Positions 16,131-25,661 of a DNA stretch of 32,000 nt are shown here, in pieces. The notes beneath the pieces were generated by a model. The model had not been told where the DNA came from. It was given only the letters and a program-made list of their open reading frames with translations, and did not search any database. Location: the NCBI RefSeq assembly GCF_000146505.1, contig NC_017448.1:360001-392000 (forward strand), read 5' to 3'. A program made the translations under genes and the position numbers. Each line of letters opens with the position of its first letter. Within the stretch, counting starts at the first letter, position 1. The stretch is from Fibrobacter succinogenes subsp. succinogenes S85 (lineage in GTDB: Bacteria > Fibrobacterota > Fibrobacteria > Fibrobacterales > Fibrobacteraceae).

Positions 16131-17327
16131 ATGGAAGAACCTAAGAAAAAAGGCGCCAAGCCCGTCGAACATAAGAAAGAACAGGAACGATGCATTCTAG
16201 TGGGCATCGCCACACCCAAAATTCGTCCGTGGCTTGCAGGCGAGCAACTCGCAGAGCTCGGTCGCCTCGCAGAAACTGCTGGCGCATACGTTACACGTAG
16301 TTTCTTGCAGCGCGTTCAAAACTTTAGCCCGGCAACGCTCATTGGCGAAGGCAAGGTGGGCGAAGTCAAGCGCGCTCTCGAAGAAGACAACGCCAAGATG
16401 GTCGTGTTTGACGACGACCTCTCGGGTTCGCAAGTGCGCAATCTCGAAGAACGCATGCCCGGCATCAAGGTTCTCGACCGCACAGGACTTATTCTCGATA
16501 TTTTCGCAAAGCACGCCGTCACGGCAGAAAGCCGCCTGATGGTTGAAGTGGCACAATTGCAGTACATGATGCCGCGTCTCACCGGTGCGTGGACGCACCT
16601 TTGCCGCCAGCACAATGGCGGCATCGGCACCAAAGGGCCGGGCGAGACGCAGCTTGAGACAGACCGCCGCATGATCCGCAAGCGCATCCAGGAACTCAAA
16701 AAGAAGCTTGAGAAAATCGAAGATGCGCGCGAGCAACAGGCCGACAAGCGAAACGACATTTTCCAAGTGGGCATCGTAGGTTACACGAACGCCGGCAAAT
16801 CGACACTCACGAACCGCTTGACCGGCGCTGACGTTTACGTTGAAGACAAACTCTTTGCAACGCTTGACAGCACGACGAGAAAGCTATTTCTCGATGGCGA
16901 AAACATCATCCTTTCCGATACGGTCGGATTCATCCGCAAGCTCCCCCACAACTTGATTGAAACGTTCAAGAGCACGCTCGGCGTGGCCGCGCATGCGGAT
17001 TGCATCTTGGAAGTTGTTGACGGAAGCGCTCCGGACTACCGCGACCACTTGGAAGTCACGCACAAGACGCTCGAAAGCATTATCGACAAGGATACGCCGC
17101 GCCTCCGCGTTTTCAACAAGGTCGAAGTCGCAAGCGAAGCGCGCCGCACAGAGCTCTTGCAGAACTATCCTGACGCCATCCAAATCAGCGCGAAGGAGAA
17201 CATCGGCATGGAACGCTTGCGCGCAGCCTTCAAGGAACAGCTTGAACGCTGGCACGAGAAACGCGCCGTTGCAGAAGCTAAAGAAAAGGAAATTGCAGAA
17301 GCCCCATGGCCGCCGGAATTAGACTAA
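16131..17327 (+). CDS. hflX: GTPase HflX.
   Basis: Has the HflX N-domain (LVVFDDDLSGSQVRNLE, LILDIFAKHA, LQVEVAQLQY-like MVEVAQLQYMMPRL, GPGETQLETDRR) and G-domain motifs GYTNAGKST, DTVGF and NKVE. Confidence 0.95.
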   Translation: MEEPKKKGAKPVEHKKEQERCILVGIATPKIRPWLAGEQLAELGRLAETAGAYVTRSFLQRVQNFSPATLIGEGKVGEVKRALEEDNAKMVVFDDDLSGSQVRNLEERMPGIKVLDRTGLILDIFAKHAVTAESRLMVEVAQLQYMMPRLTGAWTHLCRQHNGGIGTKGPGETQLETDRRMIRKRIQELKKKLEKIEDAREQQADKRNDIFQVGIVGYTNAGKSTLTNRLTGADVYVEDKLFATLDSTTRKLFLDGENIILSDTVGFIRKLPHNLIETFKSTLGVAAHADCILEVVDGSAPDYRDHLEVTHKTLESIIDKDTPRLRVFNKVEVASEARRTELLQNYPDAIQISAKENIGMERLRAAFKEQLERWHEKRAVAEAKEKEIAEAPWPPELD

Positions 17328-17364
17328 AGAACGGCGCAAAGCGCCTACAGACGAGAGACGAAAG

Positions 17365-17994
17365 ATGAATCGAGAAGAACTTAAAGAAAAGTATGGCAAG
17401 AAGCGCGTTCCGCATGAATGGCGCAAAACAGACTGGTTCACCACCCTCGTCGTGACGTTTTTCGGCTCGGGAATGAGCCCGAAAGCGCCCGGCACCATGG
17501 GTAGCCTCGCCGCTGCAATTGTCGCCTACCCCATGGCCATGTTAAGTTACGCCTACCCCATCGTCATCAACGACAACGCGTTCAACACGAAAGATGCAAA
17601 TGCACTTGAATCATTTGCCGCCATTTTCCTCGCGGTTCCCAAAAACTTTATGATTGCAGCGCTGCTCATCTTTTTCGCCGCCATCCCGTTTGTAAAAAAA
17701 GCGATGAAAGATACCGGCACCGAAGACCCTGGCTGGATTGTGATTGACGAAGTCTGCGGAATTTTCATGACATTCGCCTTTATCCGCCCCGAATGGATTC
17801 TGAACGCCCCCTGGATCTTAATCATCGGCTTTGCGCTTTTCCGCTTTTTCGATATTCTCAAGCCGCTTGGCATCCATAAAATGGAAAAACTCCCCGGAGC
17901 TTGGGGAGTTATGGCAGACGACCTGCTCGGCGGAATCTATGCCGGGTTAGTACTCACCATTGGCCTTGTTTTACCCGCCGTATTTTTGATGTAA
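17365..17994 (+). CDS. pgpA: Phosphatidylglycerophosphatase A.
   Basis: PgpA motifs are FFGSGMSPKAPGTMGSLAA, IVIDEVCG, FRFFDILKP and GVMADDLLGGIYAG. It starts 37 nt downstream of hflX. Confidence 0.9.
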   Translation: MNREELKEKYGKKRVPHEWRKTDWFTTLVVTFFGSGMSPKAPGTMGSLAAAIVAYPMAMLSYAYPIVINDNAFNTKDANALESFAAIFLAVPKNFMIAALLIFFAAIPFVKKAMKDTGTEDPGWIVIDEVCGIFMTFAFIRPEWILNAPWILIIGFALFRFFDILKPLGIHKMEKLPGAWGVMADDLLGGIYAGLVLTIGLVLPAVFLM

Positions 17995-18002
17995 GGCACT
18001 TA

Positions 18003-18740
18003 TCACAGCGGATTAAACGTCACGCCAGCCTTGATAGCGACCGAAGACCAATGGGCCAAACCATCTGCAAAGCGTTCGTTATACTTGTGATAGAACTTGG
18101 CATCCAAAAGCAAGTCTAAATAGATTCGTTCATTGACGCGGAAACCCACGCCCAAAAGCATACTAAATTCCATAGACGAGTCCAGTTCCCTATCGCGTGC
18201 ACCATCTAACTCCAGCTTATCGAAAAGCGGTATGGAAATCTGAGAGCCAAATTCGAACGACACAAAGCTAGACCGCGGCTTGACAGCAAAAAGTATCGGG
18301 AACGCAATCCGCCCCTGCGACAGGCCTCCTTCAGTAACACGCTTGTCTTCCCCATTGCCGTCTTCAACATATAAAGGTTCCGACAAAAACAACGGAGCAT
18401 ATTCAAACAGCACGCCAAGCCTTACCACTAAATAATATTTCAGCAAAGGCCATTGAACAGACGCTCCCGCCTGGAAAAAAGCACCCTCAAAAAAGACAAC
18501 CCGTTCAACCTTTTTGTAACGGCTCAACTGCTTTTCGTTATTTATAACTTTAAAGCCCACATTCAACGTCATCCCGACCAAGAAATCGAAAGGGACTGAG
18601 TTTTTCTGAATCCGTTCCGCATTCCTGACGCTATCGCGGTGCGCCTTCGCCTGCATCCACCGGTCATAATCACTAACGCTTTCGTCTTGAGCAAAAGCAG
18701 ACATAGCAATAAGCAATACAAATAGAAAAAAGCGACTCAT
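18003..18740 (-). CDS. Hypothetical outer-membrane beta-barrel-like protein.
   Basis: 245-aa ORF with signal peptide MSRFFLFVLLIAMSAFAQ and alternating beta-strand-like segments. Function is unknown. Confidence 0.65.
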   Translation of the reverse strand: MSRFFLFVLLIAMSAFAQDESVSDYDRWMQAKAHRDSVRNAERIQKNSVPFDFLVGMTLNVGFKVINNEKQLSRYKKVERVVFFEGAFFQAGASVQWPLLKYYLVVRLGVLFEYAPLFLSEPLYVEDGNGEDKRVTEGGLSQGRIAFPILFAVKPRSSFVSFEFGSQISIPLFDKLELDGARDRELDSSMEFSMLLGVGFRVNERIYLDLLLDAKFYHKYNERFADGLAHWSSVAIKAGVTFNPL

Positions 18741-18774
18741 TTATCTCAAATATACTCTCATAAACCTTAGATAC

Positions 18775-18809
18775 AAAAATATCCCGACAAAACGATCGTT
18801 TGACGGGAT
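18775..18809 (-). terminator. Rho-independent terminator after the NSS transporter gene.
   Basis: atcccgacaaaacgatcgtttgacgggat is a near-perfect 29-nt palindrome (about 13 bp of stem with one mismatch and one bulge). It is followed on the minus strand by a T5 run (plus-strand aaaaa at 18775..18779). Confidence 0.7.
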
Positions 18810-18833
18810 AAAGCACAGGATGATTGCTAAAAG

Positions 18834-20243
18834 CTATCCGAATATCTTATCGTAAACACTCGGGGCGAACTTTTGCATGTAACCAAGCACGAAAATCACG
18901 GAAATGATAATCGGCAAGCCCCACTTAAAGTAGAGGTGCAAAATCTTCAACTTCGGGAACTTCATGCCAACGCCCAAGTTCGCTTCAGAGATAAACTTGA
19001 ACTGTCCCCAGCCATAGCGGGAATTGCAGAACAGCACAAAAATAAGCGAACCCAGCGGCAAGAGCGTATTCGAAACGAGGAAGTCTTCCAAGTCCAAAAC
19101 GCAGCTACCAGGTCCAAACGGTTCAAAGCCCGAAAGCACATTAAAGCCAAGCGCACACGGGAGCGACAGAATCACAATCGCGACAAAGTTCCACTTCACC
19201 GCCTTCTTGCGTTCCACATTGCGCACGTCCATCCAGTAAGCGACAATGTTTTCAAACACAGCCACAAGCGTAGAGAGAGCCGCAAACGACATAAAGAGGA
19301 AGAAAGCTGCGCCGCAAACACGGCCCGCCGGCATCTGCGCAAACACGTTCGGAAGCGTTGCAAAAATAAGGCCCGGACCTGCATCCGGCTTGAGCCCAAA
19401 CGCAAAGCAAGACGGAATAATGATAAGGCCCGCAATCAAAGCGACACCCGTATCGAGCACGCAAATATGGGCCGCTTCGGTCAAAAGCGAATGTTCCTTC
19501 TTGATATAGCTACCGAAAATGCTCATGGAACCAATGCCAAGGCTAAGCGTAAAGAACGACTGGCCAAGAGCAGCAAACACAACTTCACCAATTCCTGCTT
19601 CCTTGAGCTTTGCAAAATCCGGCAGCAAGTAGAACTTAAGACCTTCGCCAGCACCCGGGAGCGTGAGCACGCGGACCATCAGGATGACCATAATGACAAG
19701 GAGCGCAGACATCATCGTCTTCGTGATGCGTTCCACACCGCGCTGGAGCCCAAGCGCCACAATCGAAAGACCCGCAAAAGTCGCGACCACCATCCAGAAC
19801 GAGAGCAAGGGACCATTACCGAGCATATTCGTGAATTCAGCCCCGACTTCGGCAGGAGACAAATTCATGAGGTCGCCCATCGTCACCATGCGGTAGAAGT
19901 AATAGAGCATCCACCCCGTCACCGTCGTATAAAACATCATCTGGATGTAGTTGCCCGCAATCATCGGGACACCCGCATAATGCCACTTATGCCCAGGCTT
20001 TTCAAGGATGGCAAAAGAACGGCCCACGCCACGCTTAGACGAGCGGCCAACCGCAAATTCCATCACAAGAATCGGGAAACCGAAAATCAAGAGGAAGAAG
20101 AGGTAAATCAGCACAAAGGCGGCACCGCCATACTGCCCCGTGATAAACGGGAATCGCCAAACGTTGCCAAGCCCGATGGCGCAACCGGCCGCAATCAGAA
20201 TAAAACCTAGACGGGACTTAAAGTTTTCTCTTTCTGTCATCAT
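18834..20243 (-). CDS. Sodium-dependent neurotransmitter:sodium symporter (NSS/SNF) family transporter.
   Basis: Carries the signature GCAIGLGNVWRFPFITGQYGGAAFVLIY and about 11-12 hydrophobic helices. Confidence 0.92.
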   Translation of the reverse strand: MMTERENFKSRLGFILIAAGCAIGLGNVWRFPFITGQYGGAAFVLIYLFFLLIFGFPILVMEFAVGRSSKRGVGRSFAILEKPGHKWHYAGVPMIAGNYIQMMFYTTVTGWMLYYFYRMVTMGDLMNLSPAEVGAEFTNMLGNGPLLSFWMVVATFAGLSIVALGLQRGVERITKTMMSALLVIMVILMVRVLTLPGAGEGLKFYLLPDFAKLKEAGIGEVVFAALGQSFFTLSLGIGSMSIFGSYIKKEHSLLTEAAHICVLDTGVALIAGLIIIPSCFAFGLKPDAGPGLIFATLPNVFAQMPAGRVCGAAFFLFMSFAALSTLVAVFENIVAYWMDVRNVERKKAVKWNFVAIVILSLPCALGFNVLSGFEPFGPGSCVLDLEDFLVSNTLLPLGSLIFVLFCNSRYGWGQFKFISEANLGVGMKFPKLKILHLYFKWGLPIIISVIFVLGYMQKFAPSVYDKIFG

Positions 20244-20260
20244 TTACCTCATACACAAAT

Positions 20261-21247
20261 TTAGAACTTGATCGGGTACAGCAAGTACCAGTGGAACTCC
20301 GGATACACCTGAATTGTCGGCGCCGGGAGCTTAAAGTAATTCAGCATCTTCACGAGATAGCGTGCCAGGCGACTCTGCGGACGGAACGCTTCAAGGTCAT
20401 AGTCAAGCGCCAAATAGACTTCACGGCGCGGGTGCGGTTCACCGGTAAACACCTTGTCGTCAATACTCAGGCCAATCGCAAAAGCAAGCCAGCTCGGGTA
20501 ATACCTGCGTGCAGATTCCGGCAAAAGCCTATAGGGTTTCACAGAAAGCCAGAAAGTCTGGTTCACGTAGTCGTCAGTAAAGACCCCACCCGAAGCCTGA
20601 TGCTCCTGGTCATAATACGCATTGGAATTGATCCAGTAGCTCCACTTGAGATCTATATACTTAAATACGGGAACATAGCGCTCCGCCATCGGCAAGAAAC
20701 CGCCAAGACCGCCCGAAAGCACGTCAAAAATGCTAAAGCCCCACGATGGAGCAAAGCCATCCTTGATATCAATCGCGATATGGGTTGCCAAAGCCGTCAA
20801 ACCCGCAAACAGATATGACTGGAATTCGCTTGCACCCGCCCAGCGGTATCCCTCATAAAAGGACTCGCCTATGACGACACCCGCCGCAAAATGGCCGAAC
20901 TTGTCCAGGTTCAAGGCATAGTCAAAATCGTTTTCCCAATGGAAACCACGACCGCCATTATCATCCCACCAGCCCTTTTCAAAGACAAAGCCGTAAGCGG
21001 CCCCATAAGCAATCAAGGTGAGCGAAGCCACGCCAAAAAGCTTAGCCGGCTCAATCTCGGACTTAATGTCAGTAGGATCTTCACTTCGATAATCCCAGGT
21101 GGAATCGCGCCACGTGAGCGGATCCCCTGGAGACGACAAAGCTGCCGCCGGGAACACCAGCGACAGCATAAGCAAAAACGCACAGATTTTAGCGTTTATT
21201 TTACGAGAAGCGGAAGAGCCAATAGCAGAACTGTTGGCCTTACGCAT
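20261..21247 (-). CDS. Hypothetical secreted/OM-associated protein, possibly DUF2279 (YfiM)-like.
   Basis: 328-aa ORF with an N-terminal hydrophobic segment (ICAFLLMLSLVFPAAA). It has an LDKFGHFAAG motif reminiscent of the DKxxHF motif of YfiM-like proteins, and a C-terminal Phe. Its start shares one nucleotide with the fabF stop (TAATG at 21245..21249). Confidence 0.6.
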   Translation of the reverse strand: MRKANSSAIGSSASRKINAKICAFLLMLSLVFPAAALSSPGDPLTWRDSTWDYRSEDPTDIKSEIEPAKLFGVASLTLIAYGAAYGFVFEKGWWDDNGGRGFHWENDFDYALNLDKFGHFAAGVVIGESFYEGYRWAGASEFQSYLFAGLTALATHIAIDIKDGFAPSWGFSIFDVLSGGLGGFLPMAERYVPVFKYIDLKWSYWINSNAYYDQEHQASGGVFTDDYVNQTFWLSVKPYRLLPESARRYYPSWLAFAIGLSIDDKVFTGEPHPRREVYLALDYDLEAFRPQSRLARYLVKMLNYFKLPAPTIQVYPEFHWYLLYPIKF

Positions 21248-22491
21248 TAATTCCTCGCGAAAATGATAACTCCATTTTGGCCTCCGAAGCCAAAGCCGTT
21301 GCTCATAGCGTAGTCAATCTTCTGGTTGACAGCACCATTTGCACAGACATCGAGATGAATTTCCGGATCCTGTTCGAACACGTTGAGTGTACCATGAATC
21401 TTCTGGTTCATCACAGACATGATGGTCACGACGGATTCGAGAGCACCTGCAGCACCCAGGCAGTGGCCGATCATGGACTTGGACGAATTGACCTTGAGGT
21501 TTTCGAGAGCCGATGCAGAGGACTGCTTGAAGAGTGTTTCGATGGCAGAGCATTCTGCAATGTCACCGAGCGGTGTGGATGTACCGTGAGTGTTAATATA
21601 GCTAATATCCTTAGCTTCGATGCCAGCTTCCTTCATGGCATTGGCCATTGCGAGCATCACACCCTTGCCATCCGGACGCGGAGCGGAGATGTGGTGAGCG
21701 TCAGAGCTAGCACCGACACCAGCGATACGGGCGAGAATATTTGCACCACGAGCCTTAGCGTGAGATTCGCTTTCGAGCACAAGGACTGCTGCGCCTTCAC
21801 CGATCACGAAACCATCGCGATCCTTGTCGAACGGGCGGGAAGCCTGTTCCGGAGCGTCATTGCGCTTGCTGACGGCCTTCATGCTGGTAAAGCCAGCGAG
21901 GCTGAGCGGGTTCACCGTTTCGTCGGCACCACCAGCGAGCATCACATCGCAGCGGCCGAGACGAATCATGTCATAGGCATTGGCGATGGAGTGGTTGGAA
22001 GTTGCGCAAGCGGAAGTGACCGTGTAGGACGGTCCCATCCAGCCAGTCTTGTTGCAAACTTCACCAGCCGGCATATTCACGATGGCCATCGGAATATAGA
22101 ACGGGGAAACGCGGGACGGACCACGATTGCTGAGAGCCACAGCGGCATCATAGCAATACTGCAAACCACCGATACTGCTACCAATGATAGCACCGCAACG
22201 TTCTGGATTTTCGTTTTCCGGAGAGATGCCAGCCATCTTCAAGGCCTGGAATGCCGAGTAAACGGCATACTGGATGCAGCGGGAGAACCTGGACTGGTCT
22301 CTGGTGCTATAGATTTCCGAAGCGTCGAACTCACGGATTTCGCTAGCCATGCGAGAAGTGTAAGCCGAAGCGTCGAAACGCTGAATGGGAGCGATGCCAG
22401 ACTTGCCCTGGAGCAAGTTCTGCCACAATAATTCGGGGGAGTTTCCAAGAGAGGAAACGCAGCCCATACCTGTAATAACAACATTTTCCAT
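21247..22491 (-). CDS. fabF: 3-oxoacyl-[ACP] synthase II (beta-ketoacyl-ACP synthase II).
   Basis: MENVVITGMGCVSSLGN start (I prefer the Met at 22491 to the track start at 22563). Active-site Cys context is TVTSACATSNHSI, the His motifs are NTHGTSTPLGD and SMIGHCLGAAG, and the C-terminus has GFGFGGQNG. Confidence 0.93.
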   Translation of the reverse strand: MENVVITGMGCVSSLGNSPELLWQNLLQGKSGIAPIQRFDASAYTSRMASEIREFDASEIYSTRDQSRFSRCIQYAVYSAFQALKMAGISPENENPERCGAIIGSSIGGLQYCYDAAVALSNRGPSRVSPFYIPMAIVNMPAGEVCNKTGWMGPSYTVTSACATSNHSIANAYDMIRLGRCDVMLAGGADETVNPLSLAGFTSMKAVSKRNDAPEQASRPFDKDRDGFVIGEGAAVLVLESESHAKARGANILARIAGVGASSDAHHISAPRPDGKGVMLAMANAMKEAGIEAKDISYINTHGTSTPLGDIAECSAIETLFKQSSASALENLKVNSSKSMIGHCLGAAGALESVVTIMSVMNQKIHGTLNVFEQDPEIHLDVCANGAVNQKIDYAMSNGFGFGGQNGVIIFARN

Positions 22492-22663
22492 AATGCGCCA
22501 AATATAATAAAAAAAACGGTAACATTTTCGTAAGTGTTGTAAGAAAAAGACAATTTGTAACAAAAAATTACATTTTTAAGAATAATTTTATAACTTTGTG
22601 AGAATTTATCCATATATATAGCATTTCCTTTCATTTTCATTACGCAACACTTACAACCAGTTA

Positions 22664-22690
22664 TTGGTCATTGGTCAATAGTCATAGGTC
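22664..22690. repeat. Degenerate 7-nt tandem microrepeat (ttggtca, ttggtca, atagtca, taggtc) in the fabF/orn divergent spacer.
   Basis: Read directly from the sequence. Confidence 0.6.
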
Positions 22691-22726
22691 GGGACAGGTT
22701 CCGGCGGGAACGACGAATCAAAAAAA

Positions 22727-23284
22727 ATGCTATTATTCGCGCGTATGCCAAAGAGTTCTCGAAATTTAGTTTGGATGGACCTGGAAATGTCCGGCCTCTA
22801 TCCTGAAAAAGATGTCATTCTCGAAATTGCGACCATTGTTACCGACGCCAATTTGAACATTCTCGCCGAAGGCCCCGTCATCGCCATCCACCAGTCCGAA
22901 AACGTTTTCGAAAGCATGGACGAGTGGAACACGCGGCACCACAACCAGAGCGGACTCGTGGACCGTTGCCGCCGTTCGCAGTATTCCCTCAAGGACGCCG
23001 AACTCGAAACACTCCGATTCATCAAGCCATTTACCGAAAAAGGCAAGAACCTCCTCTGCGGAAATTCCATCACACAGGACAGGCGCTTTTTGTACAAATA
23101 CATGCCCGAAATTTCGGAATGGCTCTGCTACCGCAATATCGACGTGAGCTCTATCAAGGAACTCAGTTACCGCTGGTACCCGAACCTCGAAGATTTTCAG
23201 AAAGAAAAACGCCACGAAGCGTTAAACGACATCCGCGAAAGCATCGCCGAACTCGCCTACTACCGCAAGACCATCTTCAAGTAA
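22727..23284 (+). CDS. orn: Oligoribonuclease (DEDDh 3'-5' exonuclease).
   Basis: NLVWMDLEMSGL (Exo I), GNSITQDRRFL (Exo II) and HEALNDIRESIAELAYYR (Exo III). The true start may be the Met at 22745. Confidence 0.92.
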   Translation: MLLFARMPKSSRNLVWMDLEMSGLYPEKDVILEIATIVTDANLNILAEGPVIAIHQSENVFESMDEWNTRHHNQSGLVDRCRRSQYSLKDAELETLRFIKPFTEKGKNLLCGNSITQDRRFLYKYMPEISEWLCYRNIDVSSIKELSYRWYPNLEDFQKEKRHEALNDIRESIAELAYYRKTIFK

Positions 23285-23288
23285 TTCT

Positions 23289-24662
23289 ATGGAAAGACTC
23301 CCCTACGCCCAGAGAATGCGCAACCGCTGCATTGCGATTACCGTCCTCGTTACGATTATTGTTGCCATTGTTCACTGTTCCACCAAAGACGATCCGGAAT
23401 CCGCAAAAGAAACCACCGAGCAGCAAGCCGCATTAGCAGCAGACACGCTCGCACAAGCGATAGCTCCTAGCGACACCAATCCCTTCGACGAATCATACAC
23501 AGCAGAAGCATCTGCAAAAGAAAACCCGAACGGACTATCCGCCCTGAAAGGCATCGAAGACGAAGACTTCGAAAATGCGAACAACACCGCAGCCGGGAAT
23601 GCTGCAAGCACCACCAACGCAACAGCAGAAAACACAGACAACGTCCGCGACACCGTTCACATCAAGTCGCAAAAGGATCCAATTCTCGCCGATAAAATCG
23701 ACGTTCTCCTCCGCCGCTACCGCCCGGATTTGGGAGTCATCCTCGTCGTGAACACCAAGACAAACGAAATCATCGCCTGGGGCGAACGCCGCGATGGCAA
23801 GGTGCAGAACAAACCGGATTGGATTGGACGCCCCACCTTCCCCGCCGCATCGCTTGCAAAACTCGTGACGATAGCCGCCGCCATGGAAAGCAACCGCTAC
23901 TCGCTTAACACGCCCATCCCGATGATCGGCCGTCACCACACACTTTACTTGAACCAGCTCCGCGTCCCTGAAAAATACAACGGCCCCACGATGGAACTTT
24001 CCGAAGCGTTCGCCCGTTCCGCAAATCCGCCGTTGGCTATTGTCGGAAAGAATGTCGGCGCCAAGCGCCTCAATGCAGCCGCCGCAAAGCTTGGCTACAA
24101 CAAGCGATTCCCCGGAAACGCCCCAAACACATCAAGCTACACAGCTCCGGACACGGGTTACGGCCTAGCCGAAGTCGCCTGCGGTTTTACAACCTCGACA
24201 ACCCTTACGCCGCTCCTCGCCGCAGCGCAAGTCCGTGCAGTCCTCACCAAGAAGCCTCTTGAAATTCCATGGGCTCGCGACATGGCACCTTTCGCTCCGC
24301 AAAAGCCGCTCGCCCTCGATGTCGGAAAGTTCAGCGAAAACACGTACTACGGCCTTCGCGAATCCATGCTCCGCTCCGTGACGCAAGGAACCGCCCACAA
24401 GCACATGTCCACAAAGAACATGGCCCGCAAGAACTTCGAAGCTCTCCGCCTCGGCGGAAAAACTGGATCTCTCGACGGAACAGACCCCGCCGGCCGTTAT
24501 GACTGGTTCATGGGATTTGCCGAAGCGAAAAACGATCCGAGCAAGTCCATTGTCGTGATCGTAATGCAGATGCACAGGGAAATTCGTTCGCAACCGGCAA
24601 CACAGGTGGCAGCCACCGTCATCAATTACTGGGCTCACCAAAACCTGGACCTGAAAAAATAA
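23289..24662 (+). CDS. Membrane-anchored penicillin-binding protein transpeptidase-domain protein.
   Basis: N-terminal TM (CIAITVLVTIIVAIV) and a low-complexity linker. Transpeptidase motifs are SxxK (AASLAKL), SxN (RSANP) and KTG (GGKTGSL). It starts 4 nt after orn. Confidence 0.85.
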   Translation: MERLPYAQRMRNRCIAITVLVTIIVAIVHCSTKDDPESAKETTEQQAALAADTLAQAIAPSDTNPFDESYTAEASAKENPNGLSALKGIEDEDFENANNTAAGNAASTTNATAENTDNVRDTVHIKSQKDPILADKIDVLLRRYRPDLGVILVVNTKTNEIIAWGERRDGKVQNKPDWIGRPTFPAASLAKLVTIAAAMESNRYSLNTPIPMIGRHHTLYLNQLRVPEKYNGPTMELSEAFARSANPPLAIVGKNVGAKRLNAAAAKLGYNKRFPGNAPNTSSYTAPDTGYGLAEVACGFTTSTTLTPLLAAAQVRAVLTKKPLEIPWARDMAPFAPQKPLALDVGKFSENTYYGLRESMLRSVTQGTAHKHMSTKNMARKNFEALRLGGKTGSLDGTDPAGRYDWFMGFAEAKNDPSKSIVVIVMQMHREIRSQPATQVAATVINYWAHQNLDLKK

Positions 24663-24695
24663 TTTAGATTTAAACACAAAAGAAGAAGGTTTATC

Positions 24696-25565
24696 ATGGA
24701 ATTATCTTGGTGGAACTTAATACCGACTTATTTTGATGGAACAGCATTCCAGCTCGGAAGTTTTCCTGTGCGCTGGTACGGCATCATGTACATTTTTGCG
24801 TTCGTGACCGCCTACATCACCATGTGGAAAATCAGCCAGAAAGAAAAGCTCGGCTACACCAAGGATCAGCTTGACAACTTCTTCACATGGATTATCGCAG
24901 GCATTTTGCTCGGCGCCCGCCTCGGTTACGTCTTCTTCTACAAGGCTAGCTATTACCTTGCCAATCCCACCGAAATTATTTTCCCGATGATCCATGACGA
25001 CCTCGGTTACCATTTTGTCGGAATTTCCGGAATGTCGTACCATGGCGGTCTTGTGATAGGGCTCATCTTCATGTACATCGGTGCAAAGCGCAACAAGCTT
25101 GACGTTTGGAAGACCTTCAACCTCGCCTTTTTGGTAACGCCACTCGCCTACACCTGGGGACGTTGGGGCAATTTCATCAACGGAGAACTCTTTGGCGAAG
25201 CCACCACTAGCGCCATCGGCATGTGGTTCCCGCTTGCCCACGACAGCACGCTTGCAAACCCGATTCTCCACCACCCGAGCCAGCTTTACGAAATGGTCTT
25301 CGAAGGTATCGTGCTCTTTATCGTCTTGTACAACCTGCGCAAGATTCCGAAACTCCACGACAAGGTTCCTTGCCTCTATTTGATGGGTTACGGGCTCTTC
25401 CGTTTCTTCATTGAATTTTTCCGCAAGCCGGATGCACACCTTGGACGCGTGGACCTCTTTGGCATGAGCCGTGGACAGACGCTCTGCTCGGCAATGATTA
25501 TTGCCGGCCTCGTGTGGATGATCTATTTGTTCTACCGAGAGAAAAAAGCAACCGGAAAAGTTTAG
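24696..25565 (+). CDS. lgt: Phosphatidylglycerol--prolipoprotein diacylglyceryl transferase.
   Basis: Lgt motifs are FPVRWYGIMYIFAF, GARLGYVFFY, GRWGNFINGELFG, HPSQLYE and RGQ. Confidence 0.93.
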   Translation: MELSWWNLIPTYFDGTAFQLGSFPVRWYGIMYIFAFVTAYITMWKISQKEKLGYTKDQLDNFFTWIIAGILLGARLGYVFFYKASYYLANPTEIIFPMIHDDLGYHFVGISGMSYHGGLVIGLIFMYIGAKRNKLDVWKTFNLAFLVTPLAYTWGRWGNFINGELFGEATTSAIGMWFPLAHDSTLANPILHHPSQLYEMVFEGIVLFIVLYNLRKIPKLHDKVPCLYLMGYGLFRFFIEFFRKPDAHLGRVDLFGMSRGQTLCSAMIIAGLVWMIYLFYREKKATGKV

Positions 25566-25661
25566 CTGGCAGAACTTAGTTGGCAGATCTTAGTTGGCAG
25601 ATCTTAGAGAAGAACTATATTCTAAGATCTAAGTTCTAAGAGCGAAGCGAGCTAAGTTCTA
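25566..25661. repeat. Palindromic intergenic repeat element, copy 1 (likely bidirectional terminator between convergent genes).
   Basis: The left arm has three tandem 14-mers ([c/t]tggcaga[a/t]cttag). The right arm is tctaagatctaagttctaagagcgaagcgagctaagttcta and contains the complementary ctaag[a/t]tct words. The 33-nt core at 25629..25661 is identical to 29838..29870. Confidence 0.8.

Noticed and set aside
16197-16774. 189-aa and 152-aa minus-strand ORFs inside hflX
   Set aside because: They are shadow ORFs in a GC-richer gene. HflX motifs on the plus strand are unambiguous.
17333-17345. Small hairpin ggcgc-aaa-gcgcc after hflX as a terminator
   Set aside because: The stem is only 5 bp with no U-tract, and pgpA follows 37 nt after hflX on the same strand, so read-through into pgpA seems more likely.
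18873-20210. 445-aa plus-strand ORF rich in Arg/His/Lys
   Set aside because: It is antisense to the NSS transporter gene, which has a clear family signature. It is highly basic and low-complexity with no start context.
21277-22431. 384-aa plus-strand ORF
   Set aside because: It is antisense to fabF, which carries all the KAS II active-site motifs.
24717-25439. 240-aa minus-strand ORF inside lgt
   Set aside because: It is antisense to lgt, which has diagnostic motifs. I recognise no motifs in it.
25568-25609. Tandem 14-nt repeats as a possible CRISPR array
   Set aside because: The repeats are only 14 nt, directly abutting with no spacers. They have two or three copies, no cas genes nearby, and form one arm of a palindromic element.
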